Numbered from the whole stretch's first letter, positions 1 to 19,670 are shown. The stretch: 63,017 bases of DNA, filler included, from Reclinomonas americana ATCC 50394 (GCA_048213135.1; 7 parts of 2 records of this genome joined end to end with filler, not necessarily neighbours in it); one strand, 5' to 3'. The notes: generated by a model from the sequence alone, not told the origin. Program-made: numbers and translations.

Positions 1-2841
<2,841 letters not shown>

Positions 2842-2921
2842 TGGCCGCACGACGCCATCCCCTGTATGTAGAACACCCGAAATGCAACAGCATGTACAGA
2901 TATCATCCACGTGTTGTCGGT

Positions 2922-5852
2922 TCACTGATACTCGGCATCCACGGATGTAATGTTGCCGGCGCTGTCTTTGACGATGAACTCGATGGTGGTGCCGAAGCGG
3001 ATGCGTACCTTGGAGGGGGTGAGATCACGTCACGAAGAGCAATGCAACAGGTATCGATGGAACGCACCCAGAACTTGCGATGCTCCGCACACGGAATGTC
3101 AATGTGACACAGCACCTTCCAGTATTTGGGTCGCACGCGGCTGATGCGCACCTTGGCTGGATACTCGGGCTCGTCCATGTCAGAGCCCCACCCACGAAAC
3201 ACGCAGAGCGTGAAGGGAATGAGTTCCTGTGCGCCAAGGCGAGTCAGCATCTCTCTCAACACACTCTCCTAGATCACAGCACACAAACCTGGTCGGGCTT
3301 GAGAGGCGAGTACGGTCCGTCAAACTCGGTGTCAAAGTCCTCCTGACCGCGGTGCGCCAGCACCTTGATAATGTCACACCGTTTCACTCCGTGGTCGTCG
3401 ATCTGGACACAATCAGCACAGAAAGCGACGCAGACAAGTTTCGCAGCAGACGCACGCACAAACGTGTCCTCCTCGTTGTCGACGCCCGGCCGGTACTCCC
3501 GACTCGTGAGAACGCCGTACCAGAAGCGATTGACACGCCTCTCGACCGTCGGCACCGAGTTGTCCATCATGGTGCTGGCCACTCGCTCATGCAGCGCCAC
3601 TGATGAGGAGGAGGAGGATGCGGTGCCGTCCACCGTGTCGATATCCTTGTCGCTCAGGCCCAGTGCCAACTGGTACGCCAGGTGCTGACGGCCGTAGATG
3701 GCAGCACCGGCCACGATCTGCAACTGCGGCTTCCAGGAGCGACACAGAATCGGTCGCCGACCGCCATCGACCTGCCAAGCATCGGATGTGAGCAAAGAGC
3801 AGGAGAGCAACTCTCGTGTGTCCGCACAGTGCGCACCAGCGGTTTGTTGATGCAGCACTCCTCAATGGTCTCGAACAGCAGATTGGACGCCGCAAAGCCA
3901 CCGCACAAGATCACTGTCAGCGACGAATCCTGCTCACCGCCCGGTGGTGGTCTCACACGCATCTCCAGCAGCTTGTTGATGTGGTTGGCAATGCGATCCA
4001 CGATGATCTGCCGCAGCGGGGAGTCAGACCCGCAGAAGAATACTCGTGACTGCTACTGCATGCCTCACCGGATCAAACACGAGTTTTTTCAGTGCGCTTG
4101 GCAGTATTCGCAGCATGGGTGTGACATCGCCGTATCTGGTGCGTGTGTGAATGAAGCACGAAGCGACCACCTTCGATCCCCACTGCCAAACGCAACTCCT
4201 CCTCCAATTGCACATCCTCCATCGACAATTCGTGTCGAGAGCGAAACGCCGGCAAGTTGGCCCTCACGAGACCAATGGCCTCGGACTCGGTCAGGTACGG
4301 CAAGTGCGACAAGTCGACGATCAGTGGCAATGAGTAACTGGGGAATCGGAGCAAGTGTAAGCAAGTGAGCCACCCTTGGTCACAATCTTTCTCCCCCCCA
4401 CACAACCTGTTGCTCTCCTTGAAATCAATCCACGCCTTGGCGACGTGCATGGCCTTTTGTCGCTCCCGCACACTAAACTCGGTCGTTGCGCCTTCGGAGA
4501 GCAGCAGCGATACACGCTCGCGCCCGACCAGCTCACCGAGGAGGCGATAGAAGCGGTCGTCGAGAGTGGTGGAGCCCCAGTGGCCACCCGACGACTCTCC
4601 ACTCTGTCGGAACACAATGCGTGGTGGCGTCGACGGGTCCGGATCCACCACATCAGTGTCTGCAGAGTCATCTTCCATGTCACCATCACCATCGCCAGAA
4701 ACGGGCTCCACTCGCGACACTTGCAAGTCGGCCACATCCACCGTGCCGCCGCCGAGATCGACAGTCATGAACTCGTCGCCGACACGCGGCACAGGCGACA
4801 CCAAGTCTGCGGTCTTGGACGAGAGGATGGCCAGGCAAGCGGCCTCGGGCTCCAACGCCATTACCAGGCGCTTGCTGCCCTTGAAAGGGACGAGACCGGC
4901 ATCGACGGCACAGATGCGCATTGCGTCTCGCGCCGCGTCACCCCAGATGGCCGGCACCGTGAGAACCCAGATAATCGTCGCCAGATACTCTTCAATGTCT
5001 GTGACGCCCCGTGTTGGTTGCAGAGGGAACGAAGCGAAAAGGCACATCGTGATCGTGACGCAACCCGTGTCGGTTCCTCGTGCACTGCGGTAATCCTCCA
5101 CGGTCTTGTCTCGCTGATCGCGTAGTACGGCCGCAATGCACCTGGAGTTGCAAAGGATCAGCCAAATACGTAGAGCAATCACGAGTTCCATTGGCGATCA
5201 ACGAACTTGCGCAGTGGATACGAATGGCGGCCGAGTGAGCCGGGCACTTGGATCGAGTCGAAATCGCTGGCGTCTTCGCCTCGCAGCAACATCTTGAAGA
5301 GGGAGACACTGTCGTGGCCGCGCATGGCCTGCGTCCTGGCCCCGACTCCAGTGACCTTTTTGCACCAGTGAGTCGAGGAACAGGAAAATGGTGCTGGCCG
5401 CGACAAATCAATCAAACCTCTGATGTTGCAGGATCGAAATGCACAACGGTGGCCTCGGGTCGCCCTGCGCGACTGAGCGACTGTGTGACCACCCCCGTCT
5501 CTCCGTCGCGCACGTCCTTGAGGGTGGCTCCTGGCGCGAGAGCCAGACGCTTGGTGAATGTGGTGCCGAAATCGATCGACACAATCGTCGCGCGATCGAG
5601 TGGAGGCAACAGACTCCCGTCGGTCGAGTGCTGCTCTGCTGGCAGGCCTCCGCGGTGCGCCGATCGCACTCCCGTGCGTCGCATGGTGTCTGCCGACGGC
5701 TGCCTGCGACACGAGTGGACCGCAGTCACACTCATTAGTTGCTCTTCACGCGCACACGAGAGATCGATCAGTTGCGAAGTGCATGTTCTTCCGATCGGCG
5801 CACTCGACGGCGGATTCGCGGGACTGAAAGGTAGGTGGTACGCACTCATCAT
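2922..5852 (-). CDS. HSPA12-like atypical Hsp70 (actin-like ATPase fold), paralog A, multi-exon; start approximate
   Basis: Motifs IDFGTT, WVLTVPAIW, LEPEAA, DLGGGTVD, SGGHWGST, CGGFAAS; C-terminus ..RFGTTIEF..AEYQ*. Confidence 0.8.
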
Positions 5853-5903
5853 AAACTCGCGAGGTCGCCTTCATTCACGTTGGTGGCGGCGTCGTCGTCG
5901 CTG

Positions 5904-8859
5904 TTACTGATACGCAGCTTCCACGGACATGACGTTGCCGCCGGCAGGGTCGTCGGTCACGACGAATTCGATGCTGGTGCCGAAGCGGAGCTTGACCTGT
6001 AAAGGGGAAGGGGAGAAGTGAGGGACAGAAGGGGAGAAGAGAGAGGGGGAAAAGTGGGAGAGAGGGGAAGTGAGTGGAAGTGAGAGAAGACAGGGTACGG
6101 CAGGGGAGAAAAGGAGAAGTGAGGGAACCGAGAGAAGTGAAGGGAAGTGAAAGAAATGAGAGAAGCGAGGGAATGGGAGGGGAGAAGGCGGAAGCGATAG
6201 GGAGTGAGGAATAGCGAGTGGTGCGAGGACTGAGGGCGAGAAAAGGAGAGGCTGTGAAAAAAGGGAACAGGGAAAGCAGAGAGAGAGAGAGAGGGCAACG
6301 CACCCAGAACATCTTGCCCGGCGAGCAGGGAATCTCCAGATTGCACAGTGGCTTCCACACCGCCACATTCCGTCGCAGCTCGCGTCGCTTCACTGTGAAA
6401 GGGTATTCGGGATCGTCGGCCTCCGGACCGATGCCGCGGAAACACAGCAGCGAGAAGGGGATGACAGGCTGGACCGAGTCGTGTGAGCGCATTGCCATGA
6501 GCGGTTGAAAGGGTACCGGTCAGCACACACACGCACCTGTCCTTCGTGCTCGGGCTGAAACGGACCATCGTAGTTGGTGTCCAAGTCTTCCTTGCCGCGC
6601 TCCGCCAGGATGCTCACGTAGGGTACGAGGAGACTGCCGTCGGGGTTCTCCTGCGAGAGCAGCGACGCGGGTGAGGAGAAGCGAAGAAGGAGGAAACGTA
6701 AGTCTGGCTGGACACGCACCACAATAATCTGCGTGTCGTCGAGCGCCTCGCCTTCGCGCACACGTCGATGCGACAGCACACCATACCAATATCGATGCAA
6801 GCGGCCTTCCACCATGGGAACCGAGTCGTCGACGCCGTCTCCACTGGCACCGGCCGCGGCAGACTTCTTGGCGTCGGCGAGCGCCTTGGCCAGGCGTTGT
6901 CGGCCGTACAGTGCGGCACCAGAGACGATTTGCAGTTGTGGGTTGAGGGCGCGGCACAAGACGGGGCGACCGATGGCTTCAGCCTGCCAGCAGACAATGC
7001 GGAGGTGAGGAGTCAGATAACAAGGCGAGCAAGAGGGAGAGACGCACCAACGGCGTGTTGATGCAGCTGCGCTCGATCGTGTCGAAGAGGTATTCGCATT
7101 CGGCAAATCCGCCACACAGAATGAGCTTGAGGCGAGAGCGCGACGACGGATCGCGGTGCTTCCTCCTGGTCTCGAACAGCTTGTTGACATGTTGTGCAAT
7201 CTCGTCCTTCATGATCTGCGGGTGGACGGCGAGTGAGCGCGAAAGAAAGAGAGAGAGAGAGAAAGAGTGCGCCTCTGTTCACACACACCGGATCAAACAC
7301 CAACTGCTTCAGTGCGTGACTCGACAGCTGAAGAACGGGTGACACTTGCCCGTATCTGAGCGCAGAAGGTCAGCTCAGCGAATCCGTGCACTTGGCGAGG
7401 TCGTACGCAACTCCGTGGTCAGCATCACATCCTCGTCAGACAGTCCGTGTCGTGCCCGGAACACCGGAAGCGCTTCGCTTGCCAGCTCAATGGCCTCGGC
7501 CTCCGAGTCGCACAGCTTGGCCAGATCCAACTGCAGCGGCACCTCGTAACTGCGCGCACGTGTCAGAAAGACTGCTTCCGTGTCCTAGTCGACAAAGACG
7601 CAACGAGTTATCCTCCTTGAAGCTGATCCACTCTTTGGCCACCTCCTGCGCGCTGATCAGCTTCTTCTGACGGTCGCGCAGCTGCATGTCGGCAGCCACC
7701 ACAGCACCGCCAGAGAGCAGCGGCGACAAGCGCTCGTGACCGAGCAGCTCGCCCAGCAATCGGTACAACCGATCGTCGAGTGTGGTGGAGCCCCAGTGCC
7801 CGCCCGACGACTCGCCGCTCTGGCGGAACACAATGTGCGGCAGCGTCGACGAGTCGGGGCCAGGCACCACACGACGGATCTGCAATGTGGCCACATCGAC
7901 CGTTCCACCGCCGCCGTCCACCGTCATGTACTCGTCGCCCACATCCGGCATATCCGCACCGCCACTGCCCTGCCGCATCAGCGCCTCTCCCGACATGGCC
8001 GCCAAGCACGCCGACTCCGGCTCCAGCGCAATGTACAGCCGCTTGCTGCTCTTGAACGGAACCAACCCCGCGTCCACCGCACACACTCGCATGGCGTCAC
8101 GTGCAGCGTCGCTCCAGATCGCCGGCACAGTCAGCACCCAGATGATCGTCGACAGGTACTGCTCCACATCTGCACCGACAGCACGAGTGAGGGGGGGGTG
8201 GGGAAGGAAGGAGGAAGGAGGTTGGACGACGACGGAGAAATCACACCGGCATCTGTGCCACGGGCGGTTCGGTAGTCGCGCAGCGTCTTCTCCTTTTGAT
8301 CGCGCAAGACCGCAGCAATGCACCTGCAGCGTGTGTGTCAGTGGCCACGTATGACAGAGAGGAAGAGGCAGACACAGATACTCACTGGCGAAGAGGATAC
8401 GAGCGCTTGCCCAATGCGCCCGGCACCATGACCGAGTCAAAGGCATTGGCGCCCTCGTCCTTCAGCAGCATCTTGAACAGCGACACGCTGTCTGCTCCAC
8501 GCGCCTGCTGCTGCGTGCGGGCGCCCACACCAACAACCTGTATGCCGATCGCACGGCGGACAACAATCAGCACGAGTGTGAGTGTGCGCAAGAGAGAGAG
8601 ACACACACACCTCTCCTGTCTCTGGGTTAAAGTAGACGCATGTGGGCTCTGGTCTTCCCACGCGACTCAGAGTGGCTGCCACCACTCCGCTCTTGGCTTG
8701 CTGCAGATCGCTGAGAGAGGCACCGGGAGCGAGGGCGAGGCGCTTGGTGAATGATGTGCCCAGGTCGATGGCCACCACAGTGGCCTCGCTGACCTCGGGG
8801 AGGGCTTCGGAGGGGGGAACGGAGGCGGAGGCGCCGGAGGCGGAGCCACTGCACGACAT
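5904..8859 (-). CDS. HSPA12-like atypical Hsp70, paralog B, multi-exon
   Basis: Motifs IDLGTS, WVLTVPAIW, LEPESA, DGGGGTVD, SGGHWGST, CGGFAE; C-terminus RFGTSIEF..AAYQ*. Colinear with paralog A. Confidence 0.8.
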
Positions 8860-9728
8860 TGATGACGCGAAAAGGTGTGTGAGTGTCGCGAGTGTGAAGG
8901 ACGGGAAATTGTCAGCGCAGACAGGCCTGACGATAGTGGCCGACGTTCGTCCGCTGTGTATGCAGGGTGGAGAGTGTGAAGGGTGGCGCGCGTGGTGTGC
9001 TCAGAAGCGCGTTGTGGCAGGCGTTGTGCGTATGGTATTGATCTCGCGATATCGATCGCGAGAAACACGGCAAGAGCAGTGCACGCTTTTGTCCACGTTG
9101 CTGCAGTGTGCGGCGGATGCACAGTGGAGGGCGTGGAGGAGTGCTGCTGCCTGCTGTGCACGCAGGGCCTTCTGCGTTGCAGTATCGAACGCACTCGCGA
9201 TATCGAGAGCAAAACACGGCAGCTGCAGGCGAAAACGCGAAGCTGCAGTGTGTGATGCATGTGCAGTGGAGGCTGTCACACATGTCGCACCTGCCTGTTG
9301 TGCTCCAGGGCGTTGCGGCATTGATCGCACTCGATACTGATCATGAGATCTAGAGCAAAACACGACAACACGACAAAACGATGCTTCGTCCACGCAGCCT
9401 CCTGCTCGGTTTCCACAAAGTGCAGGAACGAATGCACCTTTCGCTGTGCTTCTTGGGGTTGTCTGACACTTGCATAAAGCGACGTCGATATCGCAGCGAG
9501 TCGCGCTGCGGGTAAATACGACCGCGACGTCGACTGGCCACCACCCTCGCCGGCGCCACTGCATGCATCCTCAATGGCCTCATGCACTCGTCCGTGCGCA
9601 ACATCGATGATATCGCACCACAAACACCAACCTGACAAAAAGGCGACTGACTGGCGGCGAGTGGAAGGCGGACACATCTGTTGTCAGTCACACTTTCTGT
9701 GTGTGCGCGCGTGAGAGAGAGCGAAGAG

Positions 9729-11242
9729 ATGGGCACCTGCTGCAGCGCAGACTCGGTGACTCCTCGCTCACCAACAAAGATGCCACCGCGCCACAACGTG
9801 GAAGGCACAGAGATGATGGGAGGTTCGGCGCTCAACTCCCACACACACACACACACACTCTCTCTCTCACTCTCTCACACACACACACAGAGCACGTGGC
9901 CGTCAAGCAACCATCCACACGCATTATCCGCGCAGGTAACACACTCCGTTGCACTCTCACACTCAGTCACACACTCACACACTCCTCTCTTTGCAGCCTC
10001 CACCACAGCGCTGAAAGACGAAGAAGTGCACCGCCTGGTCACTGCCATGATCGAGCTTCTCCGCGTGCGCGCAGAGCAAGCCGCCGATGGACTTCGCCAG
10101 TGCCTGGACCGCGCCAGCGACTTGCTCAAGCAGCCGGGAGTGGCCGCACAGCAGCAAAAGGACGCAGTGGTGCAGTGTCTGGGACTCGGCCTGCACTCGT
10201 GCTGTGCAGTGTCGGCCTTCACCGCCAACGCGCTGCTGGATACGGTGCTGGATACGCAGCAGCAGCAGGGAGTGACTGCACGAGGCAGTGCGCAGCAGCA
10301 GCAGGGGCAGTTGAGCGCGGACCATCGTGCGCAGGTGGTGCAGGAATTTGCGAGAACGTTGCGCGAGAAGCCGACGACGTTGCTGGTGGCGGTGCCGGAT
10401 GCGACGGCGGAGCGCATGGCGGATATGCGCGGGCGTCTGCTGTACCCGGCCGATACGATTGTGAACTCGGGCTACCTGTCGTTCTCCGACTGTGAGGACA
10501 GTGAGACGACGTTTTTGAAGGCGATGCGCCCGCTGTGCGATGCGGCGATGCAGGCGGCGTATGCTGTGGAGCCTGTAGTGGTGCGTGCCAGCATGTGCCC
10601 GTCGTTGCCTACGCCACGTTGCTCACTGGAGATTGCTATGTGCAGGTGTTTTCGCGCACGTTTGTGCACCTCATCAATCGCTTCGTGGAGGACAGCTGGC
10701 GTGCGCTGGTGGGTGCCAGCGGCCTGTGCATCGACGAGGCCGCGCTGGAGCCGCAGGGCGATGCGCGTCGCTTCTTGCAGCAGGCGTTCATGTTGACGTG
10801 CATTGGGCGGGCGCACGCCGAACGCCTACTCGACAGGGTCGTGGAGCGGTCGACGGAGGTGCTGGAGCGACACGGTGCCGCCGCGCAGCCTCTGATCAAT
10901 GCGTTGCAGAATGCGCCGCCGGTGCGTGTGATGCTCGCCAACGCGCTGAAGGTGGCGGTGGGCATGGTGTGCGCCCGCCCACCCGCCGCCCGCACGTACG
11001 CCTTTGACGAGGCACTGATCGGGCAGGCGGTGGCGTTTGTTGCCGACAAGCACACGGCGGCGTATGGCCGTCACGGCGGCAGCAGCGAAGGCGGTCAGCC
11101 CGACTGCGTGTGCATTTTCCCGCCGTGCATTGCGGGTGCCGGCTGCCAGTACCCCGATTCGCCGGAGCATTTGCCGTCGCCGATGAGCAAGGCGTTGGTG
11201 GCGATCCCGCCGCGCGGCACCCCTGCTGTGTCCATTCCGTGA
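9729..11242 (+). CDS. Hypothetical protein with N-terminal MGTCCS myristoylation/palmitoylation-like motif, spliced
   Basis: ATG GGC ACC TGC TGC AGC at 9729; long GC-rich open exons (~9997-10580, ~10646-11242) separated by short GT-AG introns. Confidence 0.65.
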
Positions 11243-14142
11243 GTGGAGGGGGGAGGAGGAGGAGAAGGGAGAGGGAAAGGAGGGTTTGCGTTTTATTGTT
11301 GTGTTGTTTTTTTCTGTATGGGGTGGAGGAGGAGGAGTCGTTATGTATGATGGCGAAGATGGGAAAGGGGATGTGAGGGGAAGGGGGAATAGGGAAAGGG
11401 ATGCGGGAAGGGGGAATGCTAAGTGTAGCAGGTGCAGGAAAGTGGGTGAGGAGTTGAGAGCGAGACGGGGACAAGGGAGAAGGAATGGAAAGGGTTTGGC
11501 GGAGATGTGTTGTGAGGCTGTGGTGTCAGGGCTAACTGGAGAGGGATTGAGGGCGTGAAAGGCGATTTGTTTTGCAGACGAGGAGAGGGATGGTCTGAGC
11601 GAGAAACGCGAAGAGTTTCGAGGTTTGCAACGGGCTTGCATCGAAAGAGACAGGATGGAGAGTGAGAAATGCGGAATAATTCGTGAGGTGTTCTGCGGGC
11701 GTGCATTATCTCGGGTTGACTGGAAGCGAGAGGAGACGAGGCGGTAGAGAGAGAGAGAGATGGTGCTCGAGCGCAAAGTGCAAAGTTCATCTACTGTAGA
11801 AAAGCTGCACTTTCCGACCAAATTGCCGGCCCGATAAGAAACGATCGTGCAGTGCAGCGCGAAGAGGGCATGCTCGACGACTTTCTGCCAGACAGCGTGC
11901 GAGGTGCGATTCAGTGGGACAAGATCATCAAGACAGACAACGAGCTGCAGGAATGTAAGTGCTCTTTGTCAGTCCATCGGTCTCCCTCACTCCTTGCTCA
12001 CTCGCGCACACACAGTTTCTCAGCCGAGTTACCTCCAGGCTGTCAGGCGTCAGGGGTTGCCTGGCGGACGACAACGGATTCCCACGAAAGGTGTTTACAT
12101 GCACACCACGTGCTGTCACACGCGTGCGCTCTCTGACATCGCTGTCGGCCAGAGTACCCTCCGGGCTGGCTCGAGAAATTAAACACCCAGGCTGTGCGTG
12201 TGTCTCGCTCGCTCTCTGCGCTGTCCCACTCGCCATCTCATTCATTTGCGCACGTAAGTCGCTGCGTTTGACGAAGCCGTCGCCGAGGCCATCGTCACGT
12301 TCCAGGCCGACAGCGCACCAGCGTCACGCGCACCGAAGGCATGATCGACGACCAGTAACCGAATATCGCTGTAAATGCACTTCACCGCACATGTGGCCGT
12401 CGAGGAAGGTGCATGGAGGAAGTCGTGCACAAGCTGTCGCGAATTCGAGTGCATAGCTTGCCGGAAGTGGTGAAACTTTTTCATGAATTCCGATGGCGTC
12501 GACATCCACCAGCGGAGTCGCCTGCATTTCGAATGCAATTTGACTTGCTTCCCTGCTCTTCGTTGACGTTCAGGTGCGCTTTGTAACCTGCAGCTCTCTG
12601 ACAGGGGATCCAGATCCGCATCCCGATCCGCATGCGGAGTTCCAATTAATTGCCTGCACTGCCACTCAGCCGGCAACAATGAGAACTCCACTTTGTGCAC
12701 AGGACCTGCTCGAGCATGCAGGAATGCGAGGATCCCAAACAAGCCTCCTTCTCTGTAAACCCTCACCAATTAAGGACAAAATGAGCGCGCGAGCACTTGG
12801 GACACACAATCACACACAGGCAAACCCGCGCACGAACGCACAGAGAGAACGAACGCAGTGAGCGAGACACACAAAGAGAAGTGAGACTGACAACAGTGTG
12901 CGCGTGAAAGAGAGAGCAACTGGCGTGAGTGAGAGCGTGTTGTCCGCGAACACGCACACACAGAGACTCGATGTTTCGCAACATCTCGCTGGGGTGAGTG
13001 AAATGCACTGTGAACCACACACACACACATATACACACAGTGAGAGAGACACACATTCACGCGCGTGTGTGTGTGACTGGGGGGCGCGCGCGCGTGTGTC
13101 TGATCGACAGACATCTGTCTCCTCTCTCTCTCTCACACGCACACACACACGCACGCACGCACGCACGCAGCAAGAGAGTGCACATGCGCGTGTGTGAGCA
13201 ATGCACATACTCACTCATTCTCTCACGCACACAGCGATGTATGTTACGGAACCAAGGAAAAGCCTGTGAAGCTTGTCAATCAGGTATGCAAACACTTGCA
13301 CACACNNNNNNNNNNNNNNNNNNNNNNNNNNNNNNNNNNNNNNNNNNNNNNNNNNNNNNNNNNNNNNNNNNNNNNNNNNNNNNNNNNNNNNNNNNNNNNN
13401 NNNNNNNNNNNNNNNNNNNNNNNNNNNNNNNNNNNNNNNNNNNNNNNNNNNNNNNNNNNNNNNNNNNNNNNNNNNNNNNNNNNNNNNNNNNNNNNNNNNN
13501 NNNNNNNNNNNNNNNNNNNNNNNNNNNNNNNNNNNNNNNNNNNNNNNNNNNNNNNNNNNNNNNNNNNNNNNNNNNNNNNNNNNNNNNNNNNNNNNNNNNN
13601 NNNNNNNNNNNNNNNNNNNNNNNNNNNNNNNNNNNNNNNNNNNNNNNNNNNNNNNNNNNNNNNNNNNNNNNNNNNNNNNNNNNNNNNNNNNNNNNNNNNN
13701 NNNNNNNNNNNNNNNNNNNNNNNNNNNNNNNNNNNNNNNNNNNNNNNNNNNNNNNNNNNNNNNNNNNNNNNNNNNNNNNNNNNNNNNNNNNNNNNNNNNN
13801 NNNNNNNNNNNNNNNNNNNNNNNNNNNNNNNNNNNNNNNNNNNNNNNNNNNNNNNNNNNNNNNNNNNNNNNNNNNNNNNNNNNNNNNNNNNNNNNNNNNN
13901 NNNNNNNNNNNNNNNNNNNNNNNNNNNNNNNNNNNNNNNNNNNNNNNNNNNNNNNNNNNNNNNNNNNNNNNNNNNNNNNNNNNNNNNNNNNNNNNNNNNN
14001 NNNNNNNNNNNNNNNNNNNNNNNNNNNNNNNNNNNNNNNNNNNNNNNNNNNNNNNNNNNNNNNNNNNNNNNNNNNNNNNNNNNNNNNNNNNNNNNNNNNN
14101 NNNNNNNNNNNNNNNNNNNNNNNNNNNNNNNNNNNNNNNNTC

Positions 14143-14193
<51 letters not shown>

Positions 14194-14586
14194 CTTCGTT
14201 CGTTTGGATGCATCGTGTGTACGTGCGCAGGAGACACACGCTATAGCGTGCCATTCTCTGTGTCTTAGTGCTCCTTGCGCTGCCTGGATACTGCTTCTTG
14301 TGGCCTGTGTGCGACTTGGAGCGCGCGCGCTCTCTCTCTCTCCGTATTCCTTGCTCTCCTCGGATGCTTCTTGTGATCTCTCTCATTTATGAATTGTGAG
14401 GCAGCAGTGCATGTGTCCGCGTGTGTGTCTCTTGTGCGCTCATTGAAGAAACCAGTTGGGCCCTATGCTGTGTGTGCAGCAAAAGTTGCAGCGTGCCCTC
14501 TGTCCCTCTCCCTCCTTTCTCTCTCCCTCCCTCCCTCTCTCTGTCCCTTGTTGCTCACAAATGCTTCTCTCCTCGCTCGTCTGCAG

Positions 14587-17793
<3,207 letters not shown>

Positions 17794-17837
17794 NNNNNNN
17801 NNNNNNNNNNNNNNNNNNNNNNNNNNNNNNNNNNNNN

Positions 17838-17849
17838 TTAATTAATTAA
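17838..17849. other. Artificial TTAATTAATTAA scaffold spacer within N runs (also 35587, 39317, 52052, 55787, 59570)
   Basis: Identical 12-mer with stops in all six frames, centred in a 100-bp N block. Confidence 0.97.
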
Positions 17850-18262
17850 NNNNNNNNNNNNNNNNNNNNNNNNNNNNNNNNNNNNNNNNNNNNGTGCAAG
17901 CCACTTAGCACCAGCCCGCACCACTTGACGATGAAGAAAATACACGAACCTGGCTCCGAGGCCATCACGTCGGCATCCATCGCTTCAACGCCACCTTCGC
18001 GCGTACGAATTGCTCACGAGGGCTCATTGCCGGCGGTGGGTGGCGCTTTGTACACTTCTCAGCTTCCGCACATGCTCTCTCTTCTTCTCTCCCAAACTGT
18101 GCTTTTGAAAAAAAGACAAAAGATACACTCCTTGATCGCTGAAGAATAGAAGCAGTTGAAAAGAAGGATAAAGCGAATGCTGCTCACAAACTCCTGAAGC
18201 AAAAAATCCCCAACGCACACACAAACATACGCAAGCACGCACGCACGCGAATGATGAACCGG

Positions 18263-18412
18263 CTACCGGAACTTGAGCCATGCAATGACGCCAATGACAG
18301 CCAGCAGCAAGATGATGATGAGCCAGATGATGCACTTGGTGGTCTTCATGCGTTGTGCGATGCGGCCCATGATGCCCGACGCTCGCGTGTAGTGCAGGTC
18401 GGCTTCGTCAAT
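18263..18412 (-). CDS. Last exon of a Qb-SNARE (Vti1/GOSR-like); upstream exons not found
   Basis: IDEADLHYTRASGIMGRIAQRMKTTKCIIWLIIILLLAVIGVIAWLKFR*: end of a SNARE coil, basic linker and C-terminal TM helix, preceded by a CAG acceptor. Confidence 0.7.
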   Translation of the reverse strand: MDEADLHYTRASGIMGRIAQRMKTTKCIIWLIIILLLAVIGVIAWLKFR

Positions 18413-19394
18413 CTGTGGGGTCGGGCACGGCGGTGAGCGATGGGATGAGAGGAGAGAGACGCGAAGGATGGCGAGAGCGGAGTGATAGGACATAGCGCGA
18501 TGTGATGGAGGTGAAGAGGATGGTCTTCTTGAGGAGAGGACACGAAGAGGTGCGATGAGAGTGAGAACAAGAGGATACGAGAATCGACCAACTGGTTGTC
18601 ATTCAGAGAAGAGATGCAGATGAACACGACTGGATAAAACGCACGATCACAGGATACAGCAGCAGCTCAAGTGGTGGTCTTCTAGGCCACGAAGACGTGC
18701 GAAGAGAGTGAGCACGATAGGATATGAGAGCAGAGTGCAATCGCCCAAGCGATTGTCACCCAGATAGGATAACATACACGAAGACGTGACAGAATACAGC
18801 AGCGCTGTTCAAGTAGGTGTCATCCAGAGAAGACTCCCGAAGAGGTGCCAAGAAGGCGTAAAGCGAAAGGATATCAGAGCACCCTGCGGCCAGCGAACAA
18901 ACGGACAGCCAACATGAGCTGTCATTCATACAAGACGCCAAGAATAGAACGAAGAAGAGCAAAAATGACAGCACATCGCGTCGCCCACGTGGTTTTCTCT
19001 CAGAGAAAACGCCATGGAGGGTGCGAAAAAAGTGCAGCAAGGACAGCACGATGCAGTCGGCGAATAAATGCACTGCCCCCGTTGTTGCTGTCATCCAGAA
19101 GAGACACCACGATGAGGTGCAATAATAACAGCACGCTGCTCTGCTTACAAGCTGACTTATTCTCCTTGCACTCTGCTCAGCAACCTCCACATTCCAAACC
19201 TCCCTCCCCTCCAGCAGTTCACACTCTCCATGCTTCCCTCCTGCTCTCTCTCTCACCCACTGAACCCTGCCTTGCGTCACTAATCCACCATTTCACACTG
19301 TCTCTCTCTCCCTTATTCCCCCGTCTCCTCCCCTCCCTCCCCTCCCTCCNNNNNNNNNNNNNNNNNNNNAACGACGTCGGAGGTTGTCTCCTCT

Positions 19395-19437
<43 letters not shown>

Positions 19438-19670
19438 GGCTGTGGTTGGCGTTTGTGTTGAGTCTGCATTCTGCGTCTGACTGTTTTTTCTCTCCTTTAC
19501 TTTGTCATTGTGACTTCTCTTGCTTGCTGTGGCTCTCGTTCGCCTCTCCTTCTTCACTCGCCGTCACGCGACTTTCGTGTTGTGTCACTCAATTTTGTGT
19601 TGTGTAAAGTGCGCATTACAGATCGTCATTCTCCGAAGTGCGCAGGGCTCCGTTTCTCTCTGCGACGAAG

